A stretch of 32,000 bases of DNA from Deinococcus radiodurans R1 = ATCC 13939 = DSM 20539. GTDB taxonomy: Bacteria; Deinococcota; Deinococci; Deinococcales; Deinococcaceae. The stretch covers positions 52,693 to 84,692 of the forward strand of contig NC_001263.1 of NCBI RefSeq assembly GCF_000008565.1, written 5' to 3'. The position numbers and the translations under genes are program-made. The notes beneath the pieces are model-generated. The model saw nothing but the letters and a program-made list of their open reading frames with translations, made no database searches and was not told the origin of the DNA. Positions 17,015 through 25,687 of the stretch are shown piece after piece (the first letter of the stretch is position 1; each line of letters opens with the position of its first letter).

Positions 17015-19123
17015 TCAACCGCAATCCGCCGCGCTCTGGGTCGCCTGAATAGCCGTGAGGGCGATGGTGTACACGATGTCGTCCACCAGCGCCCCGCGCG
17101 AGAGGTCGTTGACCGGCTTGCGCAGGCCCTGAAGCATCGGCCCCACGGCGACCACGCCCGCGCTGCGCTGCACGGCCTTGTAGGTGGTGTTGCCGGTGTT
17201 GAGGTCGGGGAAGATGAAGACCGTGGCGCGCCCCGCCACCGGGCTGTCGGGGGCTTTGGAGCGGCCCACGCTCGGCACGCTGGCGGCGTCGTATTGCAGC
17301 GGGCCGTCCACCAGCAACTCGGGACGGCGCTCGCGGACCAGTTTGGTGGCTTCCTTGACCTTTTCCACGTCCTCGCCGCTGCCCGATTCGCCAGTGGAAT
17401 AACTGAGCATCGCCACCCGCACCGGAATCCCGAAGGCGTGGGCGCTGTCTGCCGACTGAATGGCGATGTCGGCGAGTTCCTGCGCGTTGGGGTCGGGGTT
17501 GATGGCCGCGTCGCCGTAGACGAGCACCTGCTCGGGCATCAGCATGAAAAACACCGAGCTGACCAGTGAGCTGCCGGGCGCCGTCTTGATGAGTTGCAGC
17601 GCCGGGCGCACCGTGCTGGCGGTGGTGTGCACCGCGCCGGACACCAGTCCGTCCACCTCGCCGAGCGCCAGCATCATGGTGCCGAGCACCACGCTGTCTT
17701 CGAGTTGCGCCTCGGCCTGCGGCTCAGTCAGCCCCTTGCTCTTGCGGAGTTCCACCATCGGGGCGACGTACTTGCCGCGCACCGTTTCGGGGTCGATGAT
17801 TTCCAGGCCCTCGGGCAGTTCGAGGCCCTGCCCCTGCGCCACCTGCCGCACTTTCTCGGGTGGGGCGAGCAGCACGCAGCGGGCAATCCCTTTTTCGGTG
17901 CAGCGGATGGCGGCCTTGACGGTGCGCGGCTCGTCGCCCTCGGGCAGCACGATGCGTTTATTCGCCGCCCGCGCGCGCTGAATGAGTTCGTAGCGAAAGG
18001 CGCTTGGGGGCAGCCGGCGCTCGCCTGCCACACCGGGAGCGCGCAGTCGGGCACCGAGCGGCACGGTGTCGAGGCGGTCGGCGATGTAGTCGAGCATCCG
18101 GTCCATGCGGCGCGGGTCATCGTGCGGCACACGGAAATCGAGGTGCACGAGGCGCGAGGCCGTCTCGAAGGAGTTGGTGGGCACCCGCAACACCGGCAGG
18201 CTGCTCGTCAGCGCCACCTCGCAGAGTTGCTGAATGGTGGCCTCGGGCGCGCTGCCGGAGGTGTACATCAGCCCGGCGAGCGGTGTGCCGCTGAGATGCG
18301 AGAGCGCCGCCGCCATAATCACGTCCTCGCGGTCGGCGGGGGTCACGATGAGCGCCCCGGAGGTAAAGAGGTTGGTCATCTGCGGCACACTGCGGGCAGT
18401 GACCACCGTGCTGCTCACGCGCCGGCTTTCGGCCTCGCCCGCGTTGATGATTTCGGCGTCCAGAGCGCGGGCCACGTCGAGCGTGCGCAGTTGTCGCAGC
18501 GCCGGGTCGAGCGACACCACGCCGAGCAGCGGCAGTTCGCCCGAAGCCAGCACCCGGCTGCGCGAGCGCAACTCGGCCATCAGCGAGCCGAAATCCAGCT
18601 CACGCGGCGCGAAGTTGAGCACGAAACCCGCCAGCCCCGAGCCGTCGCTGCGGCGGTAGCCCTGTGCGGCGATTTCCAGTTCATCGGCGAGTTCGGCGGG
18701 CGTGACCCCGGCGAGGCTGCTCACCAGCACGGTGTCGGCCTCCAGGTTGCGGGCGAGCCGGGCGTTGAGGGTGCCCGCGTACACGTTGCGCTCGTTGAGT
18801 GCCAGCCCCTCGGCAATCAGCACGTCGCTGCCCTCGCCCGCCGCCTCGCGCGCCAGGGCAATCACCTGCTCCATCAGGTCTTCCTCGCCACCCTGACTGA
18901 GCAGCTCCTCGGCGCGGGTCAGTGGAATCGGGTCGGGCGTGGTCAGGTGCGCCACCGCGCGGGCAAAGTGCACGCTGTCGTCGGTGCGCGGTTCATACGT
19001 CTGGGCAATCGGCTTGAGAAAGGCGACTTTCAGGCTCTGGCGCTCCAGGGCGCGGGCGAGGCCGAGCGCCGTGCTCGACAGCCCCACACCGTTGCGGGTG
19101 GGTGCGAGAAACAGGGTTTTCAT
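17015..19123 (-). CDS. pta: Phosphate acetyltransferase, long (about 700 aa) form with an N-terminal P-loop-like/DRTGG region
   Basis: MKTLFLAPTRNGVGLSSTALGLARALERQSLKVAFLKPIAQ opening typical of E. coli-type Pta. C-terminal PTA_PTB domain (RIVLPEGDEPRTVKAA..., SGAVHTTASTVRPALQLIKT, GNTTYKAVQR). AAGGAG (19130-19135) lies 6 nt before ATG 19123. Confidence 0.95.
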   Translation of the reverse strand: MKTLFLAPTRNGVGLSSTALGLARALERQSLKVAFLKPIAQTYEPRTDDSVHFARAVAHLTTPDPIPLTRAEELLSQGGEEDLMEQVIALAREAAGEGSDVLIAEGLALNERNVYAGTLNARLARNLEADTVLVSSLAGVTPAELADELEIAAQGYRRSDGSGLAGFVLNFAPRELDFGSLMAELRSRSRVLASGELPLLGVVSLDPALRQLRTLDVARALDAEIINAGEAESRRVSSTVVTARSVPQMTNLFTSGALIVTPADREDVIMAAALSHLSGTPLAGLMYTSGSAPEATIQQLCEVALTSSLPVLRVPTNSFETASRLVHLDFRVPHDDPRRMDRMLDYIADRLDTVPLGARLRAPGVAGERRLPPSAFRYELIQRARAANKRIVLPEGDEPRTVKAAIRCTEKGIARCVLLAPPEKVRQVAQGQGLELPEGLEIIDPETVRGKYVAPMVELRKSKGLTEPQAEAQLEDSVVLGTMMLALGEVDGLVSGAVHTTASTVRPALQLIKTAPGSSLVSSVFFMLMPEQVLVYGDAAINPDPNAQELADIAIQSADSAHAFGIPVRVAMLSYSTGESGSGEDVEKVKEATKLVRERRPELLVDGPLQYDAASVPSVGRSKAPDSPVAGRATVFIFPDLNTGNTTYKAVQRSAGVVAVGPMLQGLRKPVNDLSRGALVDDIVYTIALTAIQATQSAADCG

Positions 19124-19227
19124 GCGGGACTCCTTGGGAACGGGGGGAGACAGGGGCAGGAAAAAGGGGATGGGGCCTGCCAAAAGGCTACCCCACCCCC
19201 CGCGCTCCCCCGCGTCGTCAGTCCTGT

Positions 19228-19821
19228 TCAGCCCGCGCTGCGCCCTTCCCGCAGGGCCTGCGCTCCGCCCACCACGAAGGTGTTGAGGCTCTGAGACAGT
19301 TGCTCGGCGTCGAGGCTGGGGTCGGTGACGGCCCGGAAGGCGAGGCTGTCGAGCAGCGTGGTGAGCAGCAGCAGCAGCTCGGGGTCACGCCGGATGAGCA
19401 GTTCGGGCGACAGGGTCAGCCGCTCGCCGAGTTCGCTGAGGAATGCGTGGCGCCGGGCCTGAAAAGTGGGCGCCCCGCCGCTGTGCAGCAGCCGCAGCGT
19501 GTCGGCCTCGCCGAGGAGGAAGCGGAAGACCACCTCGATGACGTGGCTTTGCTGCTCGGTCAGACTCTCGGGCCGCAGCGAGGCGAGCAGCGGGTCGAGC
19601 CGTTGCAGCAGGCCGGCGAGCCGCTGTTGCAGAAGGGCGTCGAGAATCGCCTCGGTGGAGGGAAAATAGCTGTAGATGGTGGGGCGCGAGGTCTGGAGTT
19701 CGTGCGCCAGGTCGGCCACCGTCACGCTCTCGAACCCCCGCTCGACAAAGAGGCCGGCGGCCATGTCCAGGATTTGCTGGCGCCGTTCCTGAGCGCTCAG
19801 CCGGCGGGGTAAGACGGTCAT
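19228..19821 (-). CDS. TetR/AcrR family transcriptional regulator
   Basis: N-terminal HTH: RRQQILDMAAGLFVERGFESVTVADLAHELQTSRPTIYSYFPS. 197 aa. Divergent from the YhgE/Pip gene. TAGACT (19828-19833, minus strand) ends 6 nt before the ATG. Confidence 0.9.
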   Translation of the reverse strand: MTVLPRRLSAQERRQQILDMAAGLFVERGFESVTVADLAHELQTSRPTIYSYFPSTEAILDALLQQRLAGLLQRLDPLLASLRPESLTEQQSHVIEVVFRFLLGEADTLRLLHSGGAPTFQARRHAFLSELGERLTLSPELLIRRDPELLLLLTTLLDSLAFRAVTDPSLDAEQLSQSLNTFVVGGAQALREGRSAG

Positions 19822-19844
19822 GATATCAGTCTAACATTAAACAT

Positions 19845-19915
19845 AACGGTGCGTCACTTGACGGTGCGTAGGGCGTGGGAGAATAATACGTTTCCTTATG
19901 GTGACGGTGCGTCAC
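19845..19915. promoter_or_regulatory. Candidate TetR operator set and divergent promoters
   Basis: Three copies of ACGGTGCGT (19846-19857 ACGGTGCGTCAC; 19861-19870 ACGGTGCGTA; 19903-19915 within GTGAC-GGTGC-GTCAC). Copies 1 and 2 abut to form CGTCA-CT-TGACG. That palindrome equals back-to-back -35 hexamers GTGACG (minus, 19852-19857) and TTGACG (plus, 19858-19863). Plus-strand -10 is AATAAT (19882-19887). Confidence 0.5.
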
Positions 19916-19988
19916 TCTTGCTTCTCCGTCACCTGCCAGCTTCGCCGTTTTGTTCCGGTCCGGGCGCCCGGCGCCCCGAGGAGACTGA

Positions 19989-22900
19989 ATGTCTTTCATC
20001 CGTGATTTTCAAACCCTGACCCCCCCAGAGCGCAGCTTGTGGCGGCACCCGATGATGTGGCTGGCATCGGCAGCCATCGCCATCGTGCCCACGCTGTACT
20101 CGACCATTTATCTGGGCAGCACCATTGACCCCTACGGCAACCTCGACCAGCTCCCGGTGGGCATCGTCAACCTCGACCGGGGCACCACCGAGCGCGGCAA
20201 GGACTATGACCTCGGCAAGGAGACGGTCAAAAAGCTGTTCGACGACCCCAAATTCAACTACGTGCGCTACGCCAGCGAGGCCGAGGCCCAGGAAGCCGTG
20301 CGCCGGGGCGATATCTATTTCAATCTGACGATTCCGCGCGACTTCAGCCGCCGGGCTCTGAGCGGCGACAGCGCCCAGCACGGCCTGCTCAAGTTCTACG
20401 TGTCCGAAGGCAGCAGCTATTTCGCCACCCGCGTGGCGTCGAGCTTTGCCGATACCCTGTCGAGCGAACTGAACAAGTCGCTCGGCGAAAACCGCTGGGA
20501 AGTCGTGCAGGACTCGCTCGCCGACGTGCAAAAGGGCTTTGCCGATATCCGCACGGCGACCCGCAAACTGCGCGACGGAGCCACCGACCTGCAAGAAGGC
20601 ACGGTCAAACTGCGTGACGGGGCCAGCGACCTCGCCGACGGGGCGAACCGCGCTGCCGACGGCAGCCGCAAACTCGCCGACGGAGCGGGCACCCTGTCGA
20701 GCGGCGTGGGCCGGTTGACCGACGGCACGGTGAAGCTCTCCGACGGCCTGCGCCAGCTCGAAGCCGCCGCGCCCGGCGAAACCCAGCTCGCGCCCCTGCG
20801 CAGCGGTGCGGGTCAGCTCCGCACGGGTTCTGAGAGCCTCGCCAGCGGCCTGGGCCAGCTCGCCGACGGCACCGACCAACTGGCCGCCGGCGCCAAGAAA
20901 GCCAACGGCGGCGCCCAGCAGGTCGCGGCGGGCAACAAACAACTCGCGGCCCAGCTCCCGCAGCTTCAGAGCGGCCTCACCCAGCTTTCGAGCGGGGCGG
21001 ACAAGCTCGCAGCGGGGGCCAAGTCGGCGAACGGCGGCGCCCAGCAGGTGGCGGGCGGCAACAAGCAACTCGCCGAGCAGTTGCCCAAGCTGCAAGGCGG
21101 TCTGACGCAACTTTCGGAAGGGGCCGACAAGCTCGCGGCAGGGGCAAAGTCAGCCAACGGTGGTGCTCAACAGGTCGCAGGCGGCAACAAACAGCTCGCC
21201 GACCAGTTACCGCAGCTCCAGAGCGGTCTGACGCAACTTTCGGAAGGGGCCGACAAACTCGCAGCAGGGGCGAAGTCGGCGAACGGCGGCGCTCAGCAAG
21301 TGGCGGCGGGCAACAAGCAGCTCGCGGACCAGTTGCCCCAGCTTCAGAGCGGCTTAGGCCAGCTCTCTGAGGGCGCCGACCGCCTCGCCAGCGGCGCCAA
21401 AGATGCGAACGCAGGTGCCCAGCAGGTCGCAGCGGGGAACAAGCAGCTCGCCGCGCAGCTTCCCCAGTTGCAAAGCGGTCTGGGCCAGCTTTCCGAGGGC
21501 GCTGACCGTCTCGCCAGTGGCGCAAAGGGCGCCAACGCGGGTGCTCAGCAGGTGGCGGCAGGCAATAAGCAGCTCGCCACGCAGCTTCCTCAGTTGCAAA
21601 GCGGTCTAGGCCAGCTCTCCGAGGGCGCCGACCGGCTTGCCAGCGGCGCGAAGGACGCGAATGCGGGCGCTCAGCAAGTGGCGGCGGGCAACAAGCAACT
21701 CGCCACGCAGCTCCCGCAGCTTCAAAGCGGTCTAGGCCAGCTCTCAGAGGGTGCTGACCGTCTCGCCAGCGGCGCCAACGACGCCAACAGCGGCGCCAAG
21801 CAAATTGCGGCAGGGAACAAACAGCTCGCCGACCAGCTGCCCCAACTCCAGAGCGGTCTAGGCCAGCTCTCCGAAGGGGCCGACCGCCTCGCCAGCGGGG
21901 CCAACGATGCCAACGCCGGGGCCAAGCAAATCGCGGCGGGCAACCGGCAACTCGCCACTCAGCTCCCGCAACTGCAAAGCGGGTTGCAGCAGGCGAGCGC
22001 GGGGGCCGACCGGCTCAACACCGGGGCCGCCGAACTGGCGACCGGCACGCTGCAACTCAACGACGCGGTCAAGAACCAGGCGCTGCTCCCCGGTCAGCTC
22101 AAGCAGGGCGTGGCGAAGGTCAACAGCGGCGCCATGGAGGTTCACAGCGGCACCAACACGCTCAGCAACGCGCTGCCGCAACTCGAAGCGGGCGCAGGCC
22201 GGGCGGTCACGGGCGCCTCGCAGCTCGCGGAGGGGGCCGACAAACTGGCCGCCGGCACCGCGCAACTCTCCGAGGGCGCAACCACCCTGTCGAGCAAGCT
22301 CAAGGAAGCCGGTCAGGGCAGCACTGCCGCCGTGCAGGGCGTGCAGCAGCTCAGCGAAGGCGCCACCCGCCTCGCCGCCGGGACCGCACAGCTCTCCGAA
22401 GGGGCGGTCACCCTGTCCAGCAAGTTGAAAGAAGCGCAGCAGGGCACGACGGCAGCAGTGCAGGGTGCGCAGCAGTTGGGTGAAGGCGCTGACAAACTGG
22501 CTGCCGGAACCGCGCAGCTCTCCGAAGGCGCGAATACCCTATCGAGCAAACTCAAGGAAGCGCAGCAAGGGACGACGGCAGCGGTACAAGGCGCGCAGCA
22601 GTTGGGTGAAGGCGCTGACAAACTGGCCGCCGGAACCGCGCAGCTCTCCGAAGGGGCAACCACCCTCTCCAGCAAGCTGAAGGAAGCCCAGCAAGGGACG
22701 ACAGCGGCGGTGCAGGGCGCGCAGCAGTTGGGTGAAGGCGCTGACAAGCTGGCCGCCGGGACTGCGCAGCTCTCCGAAGGGGCAACCACCCTCTCCACCA
22801 AGCTCAAGGAAGCCGGCCAGGGCAGCGCCGCCGCCGTGCAGGGCGTGCAGAAGCTCGCGGCGGGGTCAGCGCAGCTGGCGTCGGGCACCGCGCAGCTCGA

Positions 22901-24392
22901 AAGTGGCTCAGCCACGCTGTCGGCAGGGCTGAAGACGGCGCAGCAAGGCAGCACGGCAGCGTCCCAGGGCGCCCAGAAACTCGCGGCGGGGTCGGCGCAA
23001 CTGGCGTCGGGCACGGCACAGCTCGAAAGTGGCTCGGCCACGCTGTCGGCGGGCTTAAAGACGGCGCAACAGGGCAGCACGGCAGCGTCTCAGGGTGCCC
23101 AGAAGCTCGCGGCGGGGTCGGCACAACTGGCGTCGGGTACGGCGCAGCTTGAAAGCGGTTCGGCCACGCTGTCGGCGGGATTGAAGACGGCACAGCAGGG
23201 CAGCACGGCAGCGTCCCAGGGCGCTCAGAAACTCGCCTCCGGGGCGGAGCAGGTGGCTGGTGGCACCGCACAACTCGAAAGCGGTTCGGCCACCCTCGCC
23301 AGCAAGACGCGGGAAGCCGCGCAGGGCGCACAGACCCTCAGCAAAGGCGCCGGGTCGCTGCAAGGCGGCGTGAATCAGCTTGTGGAAGGCAACCTCAAAA
23401 TCAAGTCGGCGCTGGGGCAAATCACCGAGAAACTGCCCGCCCAGAGCGACCTCGACCAGCTGTCGAGCGGGGCCTCGACCCTTGCCGAGAAGTCGGGCGA
23501 GTTGGCCAACGGCCTGGGCGACCTCAAAGACGGCAGCCGCAAACTCGCCGACGGCACCGCCGACGTGGACGATGGCGCGGTCAAGCTGCGCAACGGCCTG
23601 CGCGAGCTTTACAGCAAGTTGCCGAAAAGCACCGAGGAGCTCGGCGGCGACCCCGAGGGCCTGAGCGCCAGCGTAAAGCCGGTGACCCGGAAGTTCGCGC
23701 CGGTCAAGAACAACGGGGCCGCCTTCGCGCCGTACTTCATGGCGCTGAGCCTCTGGGTGGGCGCCACGCTCAGTACTTTCATCTTCCCCTACCAGCAGCT
23801 CGCCCGCAGCGCCCACCGCACCTCGCAGCTCGCGCGTGTGGCGCGCAAGGGGCTGCAACCCGCCGTGCTGGTCATCGTTCAGGCGCTGCTGGTGGTCTGG
23901 GGCGTGCACCTGCTCGGGGTGGATTACCTCAATCCCTTGCAGGTCACGGCGACGGCGGTCACGTCCAGCATGGTTTTCCTGACCCTGGTCATGGGCCTGA
24001 TTTTCCTGTTCGGCGCCGCCGGGCGACTGTTCGCGCTGATTTTGCTGGTGCTGCAACTCGCCGCGTCGGGCGGCAGCTACCCGGTGGAACTCTCGCCCGC
24101 TTTCTTCCAGCATATCCACCGCTGGATTCCGGTGACCCAAAGCGTGAACGCCTTCCGGCACTCCATTTCCGGCGCCTACGAAGGCCAGTACCTCAACTTT
24201 ATGCTGGTGCTGCTCAGCATCGGCGTGGGCGGCGTCATCCTGACCCTGCTGGGCCGCCGCCGCTGGGACTTCGTGCGCGACCGCGACTTCAAGCCGCTGA
24301 TCAACCTGCCGCTCTCCTACCACGACCTGCCCCCGGAAGACGAGGAAGAAACGCCTCCTCCGCCCGCGGCGCCGCGTTCGCCTTCGGTCTGA
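19989..24392 (+). CDS. Giant YhgE/Pip-domain membrane protein (phage-infection-protein / EsaA / YueB family) with a hugely expanded x-x-x-Leu-x-x-Gly heptad-repeat ectodomain
   Basis: GAGGAG SD then ATG 19989. N-terminal TM (MMWLASAAIAIVPTLYSTIYLG) followed by the YhgE/Pip N-domain pattern (PVGIVNLD..G....YDLG, GDIYFNLTIPRDFS). About 1000 aa of heptads (KLRDGATDLQEGTVKLRDGASDLADGANR...). C-terminal block of five TM helices (FAPYFMALSLWVGATLSTFIF ... NFMLVLLSIGVGGVILTLLG) typical of the YhgE/Pip C-domain. Confidence 0.9.
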   Translation: MSFIRDFQTLTPPERSLWRHPMMWLASAAIAIVPTLYSTIYLGSTIDPYGNLDQLPVGIVNLDRGTTERGKDYDLGKETVKKLFDDPKFNYVRYASEAEAQEAVRRGDIYFNLTIPRDFSRRALSGDSAQHGLLKFYVSEGSSYFATRVASSFADTLSSELNKSLGENRWEVVQDSLADVQKGFADIRTATRKLRDGATDLQEGTVKLRDGASDLADGANRAADGSRKLADGAGTLSSGVGRLTDGTVKLSDGLRQLEAAAPGETQLAPLRSGAGQLRTGSESLASGLGQLADGTDQLAAGAKKANGGAQQVAAGNKQLAAQLPQLQSGLTQLSSGADKLAAGAKSANGGAQQVAGGNKQLAEQLPKLQGGLTQLSEGADKLAAGAKSANGGAQQVAGGNKQLADQLPQLQSGLTQLSEGADKLAAGAKSANGGAQQVAAGNKQLADQLPQLQSGLGQLSEGADRLASGAKDANAGAQQVAAGNKQLAAQLPQLQSGLGQLSEGADRLASGAKGANAGAQQVAAGNKQLATQLPQLQSGLGQLSEGADRLASGAKDANAGAQQVAAGNKQLATQLPQLQSGLGQLSEGADRLASGANDANSGAKQIAAGNKQLADQLPQLQSGLGQLSEGADRLASGANDANAGAKQIAAGNRQLATQLPQLQSGLQQASAGADRLNTGAAELATGTLQLNDAVKNQALLPGQLKQGVAKVNSGAMEVHSGTNTLSNALPQLEAGAGRAVTGASQLAEGADKLAAGTAQLSEGATTLSSKLKEAGQGSTAAVQGVQQLSEGATRLAAGTAQLSEGAVTLSSKLKEAQQGTTAAVQGAQQLGEGADKLAAGTAQLSEGANTLSSKLKEAQQGTTAAVQGAQQLGEGADKLAAGTAQLSEGATTLSSKLKEAQQGTTAAVQGAQQLGEGADKLAAGTAQLSEGATTLSTKLKEAGQGSAAAVQGVQKLAAGSAQLASGTAQLESGSATLSAGLKTAQQGSTAASQGAQKLAAGSAQLASGTAQLESGSATLSAGLKTAQQGSTAASQGAQKLAAGSAQLASGTAQLESGSATLSAGLKTAQQGSTAASQGAQKLASGAEQVAGGTAQLESGSATLASKTREAAQGAQTLSKGAGSLQGGVNQLVEGNLKIKSALGQITEKLPAQSDLDQLSSGASTLAEKSGELANGLGDLKDGSRKLADGTADVDDGAVKLRNGLRELYSKLPKSTEELGGDPEGLSASVKPVTRKFAPVKNNGAAFAPYFMALSLWVGATLSTFIFPYQQLARSAHRTSQLARVARKGLQPAVLVIVQALLVVWGVHLLGVDYLNPLQVTATAVTSSMVFLTLVMGLIFLFGAAGRLFALILLVLQLAASGGSYPVELSPAFFQHIHRWIPVTQSVNAFRHSISGAYEGQYLNFMLVLLSIGVGGVILTLLGRRRWDFVRDRDFKPLINLPLSYHDLPPEDEEETPPPPAAPRSPSV
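20856..21989 (+). repeat. In-frame tandem repeat family A: 9 x 126 bp (42 aa = 6 heptads)
   Basis: Unit QLSEGADRLASGAKDANAGAQQVAAGNKQLATQLPQLQSGLG and close variants, aa 290-667 of the protein. A degenerate tenth unit follows. Confidence 0.9.
22221..22850 (+). repeat. In-frame tandem repeat family B: 5 x 126 bp
   Basis: Unit QLGEGADKLAAGTAQLSEGATTLSSKLKEAQQGTTAAVQGAQ and variants, aa 745-954. Confidence 0.9.
22851..23354 (+). repeat. In-frame tandem repeat family C: 3 protein-identical units plus 1 degenerate unit of 126 bp
   Basis: KLAAGSAQLASGTAQLESGSATLSAGLKTAQQGSTAASQGAQ occurs three times with identical amino acids (22851-23228). A fourth, diverged unit runs to 23354. Confidence 0.9.
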
Positions 24393-24405
24393 GTTTTTCT
24401 TTCCT

Positions 24406-24441
24406 AAGCCCCGCCCTGCTCCTTCCGGGTGGGGCTTTTCT
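24406..24441 (+). terminator. Intrinsic terminator after the YhgE/Pip gene
   Basis: AAGCCCCGCC (24406-24415) - loop - GGGTGGGGCTT (24427-24437) with one G-T wobble, followed by TTTCT. Confidence 0.6.
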
Positions 24442-24466
24442 ATCCTCGCCGCCCTATCTTTCCCCC

Positions 24467-25672
24467 ATGACCGCCCCCACCTTTCCCATGCACGTGTCTG
24501 TTGCGCAGGCGCGGGAGCTGTTCGCCGCGCTGCTGCCCGCGCCGCCCGTCGTGACGCTGCCTTTGCGGAAGGCCCTCGGCTGCACGCTCGGCGCTGACCT
24601 CACGGCGCTCGTCAGTCATCCCTCGGCCACCGAGAGTGCCCTGGACGGCATCGCCTGCCGGGAGGCCGACACGCTGACCGCCTCAGCGGGGGCGCCGGTG
24701 GCCCTGCGCGTGGTAGGCGAAAGCCGGGCAGGTGAGCCGTTCGCGGGCGAGGTGGGGCCGGGTGAGTGCGTCCGCATCTACACGGGCGCTCCGCTCCCGC
24801 CCGGCACCGACGCGATTTGCCCGGTGGAGCAGTTGCGTGAAGGAGAAGGCACAAGCGCAGTGGAGAGGGGCACAGTAGAGCTGCTGCGCCCCGCCCGCCC
24901 CGGCGACGTGCGACCCGAGGGGGGCGACTTCCATGCGGGCGAGACCGTCATGTCCGCCGGACTCCGCCTGACCCCGGCGCGGCTGGCGCTGGCGGCGGCG
25001 CTCGGGCACGCGCAGGTGCCGGTGCGGCGCTGGCGGGTGGCACTGCTCTCCACCGGCGACGAGGTGGTCGCGCCGGGGCAGCCGCTGGCGCCGGGGCAGG
25101 TTTATGATTCCAACCGCGTGGGCCTCGCCGCGCTGCTCACCGAGGCGGGCTACGAGGTGCTCGACCTCGGGCACGCGCCCGACTCGCCCGCCGCCCTGCG
25201 GGAACGCCTGGGCGCGGCGGGCGGCGCCGACTTGCTGCTCACCAGCGGCGGCGTCAGCATGGGCCGCTACGACTTCATGCGCGACCTGCTGCTCGGCGAG
25301 GGCGAGATCACCTTCTGGAAGGTGAAGATGCGGCCCGGTGGCCCCGCGCTCTGCGGGCGCTGGGGGGGGCTGCCGGTGTTCGGTCTGCCGGGCAATCCGG
25401 TGAGCAGCCTGGTCGTGTTTCAGGTCATCGTGCGCCCGGTGCTGACCGGCGAACCGCTCCCGACCCGGCAGGTGACGGCGGCCACTCCTTTTGCCTCACT
25501 GGCTGACAAGACGGCGTTCTGGCGCGGCGTGCTCTCGGGCGACGAGGTGCGCGACTACCCCCGCCAGGGCAGCGGCGTCCTGCGCTCGCTGAGTGACGCC
25601 GACGCCCTGGTCGTCGTGCCCGAGGGGCAGAACATCGCGGCGGGCGAGCGGGTGGAGGTGGTGCTGCTGTAG
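24467..25672 (+). CDS. moeA: Molybdopterin molybdenumtransferase MoeA
   Basis: SATESALDGIACREAD (the S.MDG.A motif region), RIYTGAPLP.G.D, and the MogA-like domain LLSTGDEVV...GQVYDSNR...LLLTSGGVSMGRYDFMRDLL...LPGNPVSS. TATCTT (24455-24460) ends 6 nt before the ATG. Confidence 0.9.
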   Translation: MTAPTFPMHVSVAQARELFAALLPAPPVVTLPLRKALGCTLGADLTALVSHPSATESALDGIACREADTLTASAGAPVALRVVGESRAGEPFAGEVGPGECVRIYTGAPLPPGTDAICPVEQLREGEGTSAVERGTVELLRPARPGDVRPEGGDFHAGETVMSAGLRLTPARLALAAALGHAQVPVRRWRVALLSTGDEVVAPGQPLAPGQVYDSNRVGLAALLTEAGYEVLDLGHAPDSPAALRERLGAAGGADLLLTSGGVSMGRYDFMRDLLLGEGEITFWKVKMRPGGPALCGRWGGLPVFGLPGNPVSSLVVFQVIVRPVLTGEPLPTRQVTAATPFASLADKTAFWRGVLSGDEVRDYPRQGSGVLRSLSDADALVVVPEGQNIAAGERVEVVLL

Positions 25673-25687
25673 GCCCGCCGTCCCGCG

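Noticed and set aside
17594-19294. 566-aa plus-strand ORF
   Set aside because: It is antisense to pta, which is identified with high confidence.
19929-21110. 393-aa minus-strand ORF. Further long minus-strand ORFs lie at 20977-21525, 22313-23080 and 23055-24323
   Set aside because: All are antisense to the YhgE/Pip gene. Their apparent internal repeats are just the reverse complement of the in-frame heptad repeats.
20856-23354. Regular 126-bp tandem repeats as a possible CRISPR array or non-coding VNTR
   Set aside because: There are no unique spacers between the units. All units are in frame within one 4.4-kb ORF that has a coherent heptad protein pattern and conserved YhgE/Pip termini.
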